36,072 bases of DNA. It comes from Myxococcota bacterium. GTDB taxonomy: Bacteria > Myxococcota_A > UBA796 > UBA2385. Position numbers and translations under genes: made by a program. The stretch covers positions 1 through 36,072 of the forward strand of contig JBIJDH010000043.1 in the NCBI GenBank assembly GCA_044344255.1. The letters run 5' to 3'. Below, in pieces: positions 28,201-35,948 of the stretch (within the stretch, counting starts at the first letter, position 1; each line of letters opens with the position of its first letter). The notes beneath the pieces are model-generated. The model saw only the letters and a list, made by a program, of their open reading frames with translations. It had not been told where the DNA came from and did no database searches.

Positions 28201-28325
28201 GCGGCTCGTCTTCGGGCGCCCCTGCGCGCACCCCACTCCGGAGCTGTGCGCACAGCGCCTGCACTGTGCGCACACCGGAAGGCTCCCCTCCTGGAGTGGG
28301 GTGGCCGAACCGGCAGGGCAGTTTG

Positions 28326-28343
28326 TTGTAAATCTCCATACAA
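28326..28343. promoter_or_regulatory. Palindrome TTGTA-N8-TACAA (contains TGT-N10-ACA), candidate regulator site
   Basis: ttgtaaatctccatacaa lies ~28 bp upstream of the -24 element. Confidence 0.45.
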
Positions 28344-28370
28344 AGGTGCTTTTGTCTCAATGTTGTTTGT

Positions 28371-28386
28371 TGGCACGCACATTGCT
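28371..28386 (+). promoter_or_regulatory. sigma54 (RpoN) -24/-12 promoter
   Basis: TGGCACGCACATTGCT matches TGGCAC-N5-TTGCW with exact GG/GC spacing, in an AT-rich patch ~50 bp upstream of an RBS+ATG. Confidence 0.85.
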
Positions 28387-28434
28387 TAGAGTCCATGCAC
28401 CGGACTCAACCGGCTCAACCACCTGGAGCTCATC

Positions 28435-28494
28435 ATGAAGTCCAAGACCAACCTGAAAGCCGGCATCTTCGATCGTCCCAGCTACCAGGGATAG
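28435..28494 (+). CDS. 19-aa small peptide MKSKTNLKAGIFDRPSYQG (candidate precursor/signal peptide)
   Basis: GGAG 6 nt before the ATG, nearly all codons ending in G/C, directly downstream of the sigma54 promoter and followed by a hairpin. Confidence 0.65.
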   Translation: MKSKTNLKAGIFDRPSYQG

Positions 28495-28508
28495 CGCTCG
28501 CGCTGACC

Positions 28509-28537
28509 GCTCCTTCGTCAACCCCTGGCGAGGGAGC
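28509..28537 (+). other. RNA hairpin after the small peptide (stabiliser or partial terminator, no U-tract)
   Basis: gctccttcgtca-acccc-tggcgagggagc forms a 12-bp stem with two G-U pairs. Confidence 0.5.
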
Positions 28538-28619
28538 TGCGAGTACCCGCGCCAGTCCGCGTCGCGCTTCCCACGCGGCCTGGTTCGCCTACCACTCTCT
28601 GACTACCAAGGTGGATCCC

Positions 28620-29072
28620 ATGCGCCCTGCCCTCTTGCCTTCCGTGTTTCTGTGCTCCGTTCTGATGTCTGCTTGTTTCGACGTCAAAGGAGGTAGTGAC
28701 GATAGCGGCGGTGGCCCCGGCGGCGGCAGCGGGCAGGGTGGCGAATGTAAGAGCACCCAGGACGGCGTGCCCGAAGATGTGGGCGCCGCGATCGAGGCGA
28801 CCTGCAACCATGAGGTGGAGTGCGGAGTAACTGCCTGCGACTCCTGTGTGACCGCCTACGAAGATGGTTATCTGTCCTCCGAGGAGCTGGTCCAGGAGCA
28901 GTACGCCTACGCGCTCTCCTGCTTCGGGGAGCTCACCTGCACCGAGTGGCAGGAGGCGGACTTCAGCCGCTGCGTGGGTGCAACATGTACAGATGTATAT
29001 TGCGGATCCGACAACTCCGTATGTACGGCGAATGGGTGCGGATCCTGCTCTTCAGACGGATATTGTAGCTGA
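28620..29072 (+). CDS. Cys-rich lipoprotein
   Basis: MRPALLPSVFLCSVLMSAC lipobox, Gly/Ser linker, then a domain with many cysteines. Confidence 0.8.
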   Translation: MRPALLPSVFLCSVLMSACFDVKGGSDDSGGGPGGGSGQGGECKSTQDGVPEDVGAAIEATCNHEVECGVTACDSCVTAYEDGYLSSEELVQEQYAYALSCFGELTCTEWQEADFSRCVGATCTDVYCGSDNSVCTANGCGSCSSDGYCS

Positions 29073-29176
29073 GCGCAAATGTGTAGCTGAGCGCAAAGCG
29101 CCCCTCATGGGGGCGCCCCTCATGGGGCGGAGACGAGCGAGGGGACATCCGGCCCGCCTGGCCGGCCCGCCTGGCC
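29064..29176. repeat. Cluster of three short tandem duplications
   Basis: tgtagctgagcgcaaa x2 (29064, 29082), gcgcccctcatgggg x2 (29098, 29113) and ggcccgcctggcc x2 (29151, 29164). Confidence 0.8.
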
Positions 29177-29261
29177 GACCCGCCGACGACCTGCCGGGAG
29201 CGATCGGTGCAGGTCAGCGGGGTGGTGCCCTCGACGGGGACACTTCGAGCCCGCTCTCCCC

Positions 29262-29738
29262 TTAAGCGTCGTGGAGCTGCTGGCTGAGGTAGTTGGCCAG
29301 CCCCACCTGCCGAATGGCTTCGAGCTGGGTCTCGATCCAGTCGATGTGCTCCTCCTCGCTGACGAGGATGCGCTCCAGCAGATCGGCGGTGGCGTTATCC
29401 CCGCAGGTTCGCGCGGCGGCGATGCCCTGGTTCAGCCGATCGATGGCCTTGTGCTCCAGGGCCAGATCGCTCTCGAGCTGCTCTAGCACCGTCTCGCCGA
29501 TGTTGAGCTTGTCGAGCCGCTGGAGGTTCGGTATACCATCGAGGAAGAGGATGCGATCGACCAGGGCCTCCGCATGCCGCATCTCGTCGATCGACTCCTT
29601 CCGGATGAAGCTGTGCAGCCGCTTGAAGCCCCAGTTTCCACACATCTTCGCGTGGACGAAATACTGGTTGATCGCCACAAGCTCGGCGGAGAGCACGTCG
29701 TTGAGCAGGATGATGAGGGCGGGGTCGCGCGGCTTCAT
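29262..29738 (-). CDS. bfr: Bacterioferritin
   Basis: ELVAINQYFVHA, ESIDEMRHA (heme Met and ferroxidase ligands), RILFLDGIPNLQ and EEEHIDWIETQ; 158 aa. Confidence 0.97.
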   Translation of the reverse strand: MKPRDPALIILLNDVLSAELVAINQYFVHAKMCGNWGFKRLHSFIRKESIDEMRHAEALVDRILFLDGIPNLQRLDKLNIGETVLEQLESDLALEHKAIDRLNQGIAAARTCGDNATADLLERILVSEEEHIDWIETQLEAIRQVGLANYLSQQLHDA

Positions 29739-29761
29739 GGGGATGCCTCCAGTTCGTCTCC

Positions 29762-29968
29762 CTATTTCGCTGGGCAGCTCCCGGGCCCCTCTTTTTCACA
29801 AGAGGCGATCTCCCCCTCTACGATCTGCTGAAGGCTGGCCCGACAAGCCCCACAACCGGTGCCGGCCCCCGTCTTCGCCATCGCCTCGGCGACGGTGCGG
29901 ATCTCCCCCTGTCGCACGGCCTGTTGGACCGAACGAACCCGGACGACCTTGCAGAGGCAGAGGAACAT
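29762..29968 (-). CDS. bfd: Bacterioferritin-associated ferredoxin [2Fe-2S]
   Basis: MFLCLC...GAGTGCGAC, AGGA RBS, immediately upstream of bfr. Confidence 0.93.
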   Translation of the reverse strand: MFLCLCKVVRVRSVQQAVRQGEIRTVAEAMAKTGAGTGCGACRASLQQIVEGEIASCEKEGPGSCPAK

Positions 29969-29979
29969 GGTGCATTCCT

Positions 29980-29998
29980 GATAATGACTATCAATATC
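29980..29998. promoter_or_regulatory. Fur box
   Basis: GATAATGACTATCAATATC is a 16/19 match to GATAATGATAATCATTATC, 11 bp upstream of the bfd start. Confidence 0.88.
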
Positions 29999-30349
29999 AC
30001 GGGCCCAGACGACCCGCAAGCCCCAACCGATCCCGATCAGGGCCTGGACCCGCGTTTCGGCGATGTTCAGGATCAGGAAGGTTGAACAAGGGGTAATAGG
30101 CAAGGACTCCCGCAGCGATGGGCCTGACAGGGCGGGTTCAGGGGCGCCCCCCCGGTCGTCGCCCAACCCCCGCGAGGCCGGGCCCATGGCCGGCACATGC
30201 TCCAGTCCTTCGAGGGTGAGCGGGTGGGTGCGGGAGAGCGGGCCGAGCCGGCGGCGGGCCTGCTCGAGGGATGCGGGGTCCTGCGGACCTGAGTCATCCA
30301 TGGCGAGGCGCTGAGCACGCTCGGCGCGCCGTCGAGGGCGCCCGCAGAG

Positions 30350-31057
30350 CTACAGCGGCTGGCTGAAGCCCAGACGCAGCGTGTTGGCCACGCCGAGGCC
30401 GTGAACTCCGATCTGCAGCAGCTTTCCGTCGTCCCCAATCTGCCGCTGCCAGTCCACGCCCGGCAGGAATCCCAACATCCCGGCCCGCAGGCTGCTGCGC
30501 TCGCCCACCGCCCAGCGCACGCCCAGCTCCCCGATCACCGCGACCGGGAGCAGCACGAAGGGCTCCGCGCGCATGCCCGCCTCCTTCAGCGCGCCCACCA
30601 GGGGGAGGGAGGCATCGACGCGCACGGTCTCGCTGCCCGCATCGAAGGCCACGCCTGCGAGCCCAGCGGAGGTCAGGTCCCCACCGAAGACGCCCATGCC
30701 TGCGGCGATCCAGGGGCTGATCACCAGACCCGGCTGCTCCACCATGGGGCCGCGCAGGCTGACCACCATCCCTGCGACGCGGGTGGAATCCGCGGTCGCG
30801 CCGAAGGCCTGCGCGCGGACCGCCACGGCCTCGCCCACCGGGAGGTCAGCCCCCAACGTGCCCACGCCGCCGAAGCCCCATGGGGAACCGCAGTCGCCCC
30901 CGCTCACACAGTAGTTGGTGACCGAAAAGGCTGCGCCGGTGATGCCCGCCATCGCGGTCGGGGCCTCGGGGAGCACGGCGGCCGGCGAGACCTGGGCGGG
31001 TGGCGGGCCGACATCGGCGTGGGCGACGAACGAGGACACCATCAACAGGGCGAGCAT
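30350..31057 (-). CDS. Hypothetical exported, probable outer-membrane beta-barrel protein
   Basis: Signal peptide MLALLMVSSFVAHA, amphipathic strands and C-terminal LRLGFSQPL. Confidence 0.6.
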   Translation of the reverse strand: MLALLMVSSFVAHADVGPPPAQVSPAAVLPEAPTAMAGITGAAFSVTNYCVSGGDCGSPWGFGGVGTLGADLPVGEAVAVRAQAFGATADSTRVAGMVVSLRGPMVEQPGLVISPWIAAGMGVFGGDLTSAGLAGVAFDAGSETVRVDASLPLVGALKEAGMRAEPFVLLPVAVIGELGVRWAVGERSSLRAGMLGFLPGVDWQRQIGDDGKLLQIGVHGLGVANTLRLGFSQPL

Positions 31058-31188
31058 GGGGACTCCACAGGGGGCAGTCGGGCTCAGCGCAAGAATGGTG
31101 CCACATATGAAAGTGTGCAGCCCAGGCCACCCGCGCGCCCTGTGCCGCCTCCGTTCGCGGAAGACGCCGACATCGGTGTCAGGGTCAA

Positions 31189-31315
31189 CGAAGCGCCCCA
31201 TCGCGTTCGGGTTGGAGACGGGGCCCCCCGTGCGGTCGCCCGCGGCGCCCAGGCCGAGCGCCAGGGCGTCGGCGGTGAGGCCGACGGGGAAGCGGAGGCG
31301 GCGTCAGCGGGGCAT
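31189..31315 (-). pseudogene. Decayed duplicate of the sulfatase 5' region
   Basis: 31189-31248 matches 23507-23566 and 31240-31315 matches 23960-24035. The two parts are joined at the shared 9-mer ccgcggcgc (402-bp deletion), and codon 4 is TGG>TGA. Confidence 0.85.
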
Positions 31316-31324
31316 CGGGGGCGG

Positions 31325-31912
31325 CTATCCCAGCGCGACCCCTGCGGTCTCGTGCAGCGCCCGCACCTCGTCGCCGAGCTCGTCGAGCAGCGGTGAGCGC
31401 CAGCCCTCGCCGAGGGCGGGGAGCAGGGCGCGGTAGTACCAGAGGGTCTTCTCGCGGGGCGCCGAGAAGCGGGCCCAGACCGCCTCGCCGACCTGCCGCA
31501 GGTCGCGGTGGATCGAGCGCGCGTTGTGCAGCTTGTCGGCCGCGCTGATGAGCTTGAGCTCGGCCGGGGCCGCGGCGAGGTGGGTGAGGTAGTCGAGCTT
31601 TCGCTGCTCCCAGGGGGGCTTGGGGTGCCCGGTGCTGTCGGAGAGGCCGAGCACGAGGCGGGCGACCCGAGCGCCGTAAGCGGCCTCGAGGGCGCCGACC
31701 GTGGCGCCGGGCACGTCCTCGAGCCAGTCGTGGAGCACCGCGGCGATGAGCTGGTCTTCGTCTCCGCCGTGCTCGCCCACGCTCACCATCACGGCGAGGA
31801 GGTGGGTCAGGTAGGGGATGTCAGTCCCCTTTCGGCGGACGCCTCGAAAGTCATTCGCGGCCTGGGCGAGGGCCTGGTCGAGGCGGGGCGAGTAGCAGGG
31901 CGCGGCGCTCAT
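31325..31912 (-). CDS. HD-domain protein, RelA/SpoT hydrolase (Mesh1/small alarmone hydrolase)-like
   Basis: RKGTDIPYLTHL, AAVLHDWLEDV and ISAADKLHNARS; ATGA overlap with the amidase stop. Confidence 0.88.
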   Translation of the reverse strand: MSAAPCYSPRLDQALAQAANDFRGVRRKGTDIPYLTHLLAVMVSVGEHGGDEDQLIAAVLHDWLEDVPGATVGALEAAYGARVARLVLGLSDSTGHPKPPWEQRKLDYLTHLAAAPAELKLISAADKLHNARSIHRDLRQVGEAVWARFSAPREKTLWYYRALLPALGEGWRSPLLDELGDEVRALHETAGVALG

Positions 31913-33567
31913 GGGAGCTCCAGGGCGCGGAAGGCGGGAGGGGCGGGGAGGTCGGAGAGGCCGAGCCGCTCGATGTGGGCGAGCCCCGCGAGGACGCTCG
32001 CCTCGTCCCAGGCGTCGCCCACGAGCTGAAGGCCGACCGGCAGCCCCGCGTGGAGGCCGACGGGGGCGGTGCCGCAGGGCAGCCCGGTGAGGTTGCCGAA
32101 GAAGGCGTAGCGGCAGAGCGCCTTGGTGGCGTCCTCGTCGATGACGGTGACGCGGTCGTCCTTCAGGGGCCAGGCGGGGGTGGGCGCGGCCACCGTGGGC
32201 AGGGCGAGGAGATCGACCCCGGCGAGGGCGGTGGCGGCGAAGCGGCGGAGCGCGGCGCGGGTGTTGCGGGCGGCGAAGTAGAGCCGGAGGTCGCTCTGGC
32301 GCAGCAGGTTGAGGATGATCTGGAGGTCTTCGCCCATCTCGGCGCCGGAGCGGAGCTGGTCGTCCAGCAGCCCGCCCATGGTCTCGCCGGCGAGGACCAT
32401 CACGCCGGCCCCAGGCGCGTGGGCGGCGAAGGGGATCGTCACATCGACGAGGCGCGCCCCCTCGCGCTCGAGGGCCTTGAGCGCCTCTTGTCCGAGCGCG
32501 GCGAGGGCGGGGTGCGCGTCCCGCCACTCGCGGGCGTCGACGCCGATGCGGCAGCCCTTCACGCCGCGGCTGAGGGCGGCGCGCCAGTCCGCGGCCGCGT
32601 GGAGGCTGTCCTGCGCCCAGGCGGAGTAGGGGTCTTCCGGATCGGCGCCGATGCCGGTGGCGACGAGCAGCTCGACGAGGTCAGCCGTGCAGCGCGCCAG
32701 CGGGCCGATGTGGGAGACCGTGCCCCCGGCGAAGATGTCGCGGGTGCGGGGGACGCGCACGAAGGTGGGCTTGATGCCGAAGAGCCCGTTCAGGGCGGCC
32801 GGGATGCGGATCGAGCCGCCGCCGTCCGAGCCCACCGCCAGCGGCGCGAGGCCGAGGCCCACCGCGACCGCGGCGCCGGTGGAGCTGCCCCCGGGGGCGT
32901 GGTCGGCCGAGTAGACGTTTCGCGGCATCGAGTGGACGGCGTTGAAGCCCACCGGGCTCATCCCCCACTCGGTGGTGTGCGTCTTGGCGTAGACCAGCGC
33001 ACCGGCCGCCTCGAGGCGCTCGACACAGCGGGAGTCGCCGGTGGCGAGGCGCCGCCGATAGACCGTGCCGCCGAGGGTGGGGAGGCCGACCATCTCGTGC
33101 TCGTCTTTGACGGGGATGGGCACGCCGTCGAGCGGCCCGCGGGCCTGCCCGCCCTGATGACGGGCCCGGCTCGCCTTCGCGGCCTCGCGGGCCCGCTCCC
33201 AGGCGAGGGCCACGAACGGGCTGCGGTGGGCGGCGCCGAAGTCTCCCGCCGCGACGCGGGCCTCGATCTTCTCGAGCACGGCCACCGGATCGGTCGCCCC
33301 CGCTGCGTAGGCGGCCCCGAGGCGCCGCGCGGTGCCCACCCGACCGTCCGGGACCGGGAGCCCGCCCGTGCCGAAACGGCGGGGCGGCGCGCCCTGGAGG
33401 GGGCGCTCCTCGGGATCGAAGTCGCGGCGCGCCTCGGGCGGGAGCTCGGACATCGCCGTGATGCCGTAGCTCTTCGCCATCAGCGCCCAGATGGCGCCGC
33501 GCAGCGGGCCCTGCGAGAGGAGGCGGAGGGCGGAGGCGGTGGCCCCCTTGAGGCGGGGAGTGCCCAT
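31909..33567 (-). CDS. Amidase signature family enzyme
   Basis: GPLDGVPIPVKD, PGGSSTG and GSDGGGSIRIPAALNG (Ser-cisSer-Lys triad). Start taken at MGTPR. Confidence 0.93.
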   Translation of the reverse strand: MGTPRLKGATASALRLLSQGPLRGAIWALMAKSYGITAMSELPPEARRDFDPEERPLQGAPPRRFGTGGLPVPDGRVGTARRLGAAYAAGATDPVAVLEKIEARVAAGDFGAAHRSPFVALAWERAREAAKASRARHQGGQARGPLDGVPIPVKDEHEMVGLPTLGGTVYRRRLATGDSRCVERLEAAGALVYAKTHTTEWGMSPVGFNAVHSMPRNVYSADHAPGGSSTGAAVAVGLGLAPLAVGSDGGGSIRIPAALNGLFGIKPTFVRVPRTRDIFAGGTVSHIGPLARCTADLVELLVATGIGADPEDPYSAWAQDSLHAAADWRAALSRGVKGCRIGVDAREWRDAHPALAALGQEALKALEREGARLVDVTIPFAAHAPGAGVMVLAGETMGGLLDDQLRSGAEMGEDLQIILNLLRQSDLRLYFAARNTRAALRRFAATALAGVDLLALPTVAAPTPAWPLKDDRVTVIDEDATKALCRYAFFGNLTGLPCGTAPVGLHAGLPVGLQLVGDAWDEASVLAGLAHIERLGLSDLPAPPAFRALELP

Positions 33568-33673
33568 CAGGGGCTCCTTCTCGGGCAGGTGCGGAGGCGC
33601 TGATTCGGCGCCGTAGCGAGGCACACGGCGGTCGAGCGTCCATAGCCCGGCGGGGTGCGGCGGGCGCCGGCGC

Positions 33674-34186
33674 TCAGTACACGTCGGGGTCGGTGATGAG
33701 GCGCGCGGCCTCGTCCGCTTCGGTGGCGATGAATTCCGCCACCTCCCCGTCGGCGTCCAGATCACAGCGGCCGTGTATCGTGAACCCGGCGCCGTCCGCG
33801 CGGAGCTCCACCCAGTAGACCCCGCGCACATCCCCCTGCGGGGCCCATCCCAGGGCGTCGAAGCCCTCCGAGGCGACCCACTTCGCCATCTGCTTGTCGG
33901 GGGTGAGGCGCGGCGAGCGCTCCGCGGCGACATACGCGTCGAAGGCGGCCCGGTACGCACGCTCCGCCATGATGAGGGAGGTCACGTTCTCGGGCACCTC
34001 CTGCCGCTTCGCCCGCCAGCTCATGTTCACGAAGCGGGGCAGGACGTAGGCGGTGAGCCCGAGGAGCAGGGCGAGCGGGACGCCGACGATCCAGGCCCAG
34101 CGGCGGCTGGAAGGCGGCGGCTGGAACTCCGTGGGCGAGGGGGGTGCGGGTGGTGAGGGTGCTGTCCCCCGGTCGATGTCGCTCAC
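33674..34186 (-). CDS. Type IV pilin-like membrane protein lacking a class III signal peptide
   Basis: TM helix, then LPRFVNMSWRAKRQEVPENVTSLIMAERAY...FDALGWAPQGDVRGVY...DLDADG, resembling the deltaproteobacterial PilA alpha1-C and head. No G|FTLIE motif. Confidence 0.65.
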   Translation of the reverse strand: MSDIDRGTAPSPPAPPSPTEFQPPPSSRRWAWIVGVPLALLLGLTAYVLPRFVNMSWRAKRQEVPENVTSLIMAERAYRAAFDAYVAAERSPRLTPDKQMAKWVASEGFDALGWAPQGDVRGVYWVELRADGAGFTIHGRCDLDADGEVAEFIATEADEAARLITDPDVY

Positions 34187-34403
34187 CGCTGCCTCCCCTC
34201 GCCCTCCACGTGGGGCCTCCCCAGTGTACCGCCGCGGCGGGGCCCCAACGGGGGTGGCCAAACCTGGGCCGGCTCGGAGCGGCGCGCGGGGCCGCGAGGC
34301 GAACTTCTGGGCGTCGCGGGCGCCGATGGGCTACCCGCACCCTGGGCGAACCCGGGCGAGCTCGCTCCGGCGCTGCTGGCGCGAACGTCAAGGGGGCCTG
34401 CCC

Positions 34404-34916
34404 ATGCTCTGGTTGTTCCTGGCCTGTGTGACCGGCGGCTCCGGCGAAGAGCCGGCCATCCCCTGTGTGACCGTGTACCAGGCCGTCCGCCCCTTCGAGG
34501 TGGGAGGCGACCCCTCCGGCTATGCGTACTGCGCCGAGGAGGAAGGGGAGGGCGGCGCCTTCCAGCGGGTGTCCTCGGAGACCTGCACGGGCGAGCTCGT
34601 CGGGGAGTGCGCGCGGGACGCCGACTGCGGGGCCGGGGAGCTCTGCGTCTGCGCGGGTGGGGTCCCCTTTGACGACGGGGATGGCTTTGTTCGTTTGACC
34701 TACGAGAGCGAGTGTGTCGCCGCGACCTGCTCGGGCCCAGTCGACTGCCTCGGGCAGCCCTGCGGCCTCGCGTTTGGGATCTGCGGTGACCCGTCTGGCC
34801 ACTACTGTCGCGGGGCCGGGGACGCCTGCGCGACCGACGCGGACTGCGCCGGCCCGGAGCGTTGCTCGAACGAGGGGAGCGGGTGGACCTGCATCGAGCG
34901 CGCGGAGTGCGATTAG
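34404..34916 (+). CDS. Cys-rich putative lipoprotein
   Basis: MLWLFLAC start and repeated CxxDADC motifs. Confidence 0.75.
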   Translation: MLWLFLACVTGGSGEEPAIPCVTVYQAVRPFEVGGDPSGYAYCAEEEGEGGAFQRVSSETCTGELVGECARDADCGAGELCVCAGGVPFDDGDGFVRLTYESECVAATCSGPVDCLGQPCGLAFGICGDPSGHYCRGAGDACATDADCAGPERCSNEGSGWTCIERAECD

Positions 34917-35371
34917 GCGCGGCTCGAGGAGGGGCGGCCCTGGGTGGGCGGGGGCGTCTTCAACGGGGAGCTGGCCGGGGAGTCCGCCGCCCTCTGACCG
35001 TTAGGGCAGGGTCGACTCGCCGAGCAGGCACGTTCTGGGCCCATCCTCGACGACCAAGCTCCTGCGGAGCCTCGCGAAATCGAAGCCGCCGCCGCAGCCA
35101 CGGCGAAGCGCGCGACGACCGGGTGGTGCGGAGAGCGCACGGGGCCGCCGGGCGGATGTGCGTTCGATGAGCAGAATTCGAGCGCAAAACTCCGAATTCC
35201 ACGATCTGTTGGGCCCAGCCTGCCGCCGGTTGGGGCCGGGGAGCCGCCCCGGAACCTGCGGTCGGGGGGCCGCCCGGGAGCGTTCATCCTTCCTTTCCGA
35301 GGTGTCGACCTTTGGTGTTGAAAACTGTGATAGAGTCTGGGGGTGCTCACGCCCCCGCCTTCGGATATGAT

Positions 35372-35948
35372 ATGTGGATCTTGCTGCTACTTCTTGCAAT
35401 CTCAACCAGCGCATATTCGGCGACATATGAGTCCACCTCCCTTGCCCTCACTGCGCTACGCTTGGACCTGAGGCAAGGTTGGTTCGCCGAACCGTTTAAG
35501 GTGAGCGATCGCTACCGCGAAGCTTGTCTGGCCGGTTACGACCCGGCCTGCGACCCGTCTCCATGGCGAGTGCAGGGCGTAGGCGATCTGCAGGCGGCGC
35601 GGCGCTTTTTCGCTCCTCTCTGTGACCAAGGTGATCCGGTTGCTTGCGTCGTCGCCGGCTGGGGTGCGACACAAAACGCACCGGGAGGGGGGCTGATACC
35701 TGGTCCCCTTGGCGCGAAGGGTGCCAATGAGGGTCTGGCGCTGTTTACCCGCGCCTGCGATCTCGGGCTGACGGAAGGATGTGTCCAGCTTGGACGTCTG
35801 TACGTCATTGGGGTTGGCACGGAGAAGAACTTCTCGCATGCCTTCTCTCTCTTTTCTGATGCTTGCGACGCAGGGAATGTCAGCGCGTGCAGTAGCCTCG
35901 GAAGCCTCTATGAGGCCGGACTTGGCGTGGCCCGGAACCGCTCCACCG
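35372..35948 (+). pseudogene. Secreted Sel1-like repeat protein truncated by ISAs1 insertion (ORF reads into the IS to a stop at 35995)
   Basis: Signal peptide and repeats ACDLGLTEGCVQLGRLY..G.G and ACDAGNVSACSSLGSLYEAGLGV. The repeat pattern breaks at 35949, where the IS end begins. Confidence 0.75.

Noticed and set aside
26790..28438. 530-aa (-) and 327-aa (+) ORFs as genes
   Set aside because: Chance frames crossing transposase debris, the ori repeat and the hypF relic; not coherent proteins.
29969..30301. 111-aa N-terminal extension of bfd
   Set aside because: It would run through the Fur box. A good RBS precedes MFLCLC at 29968, and Bfd proteins start at this motif.
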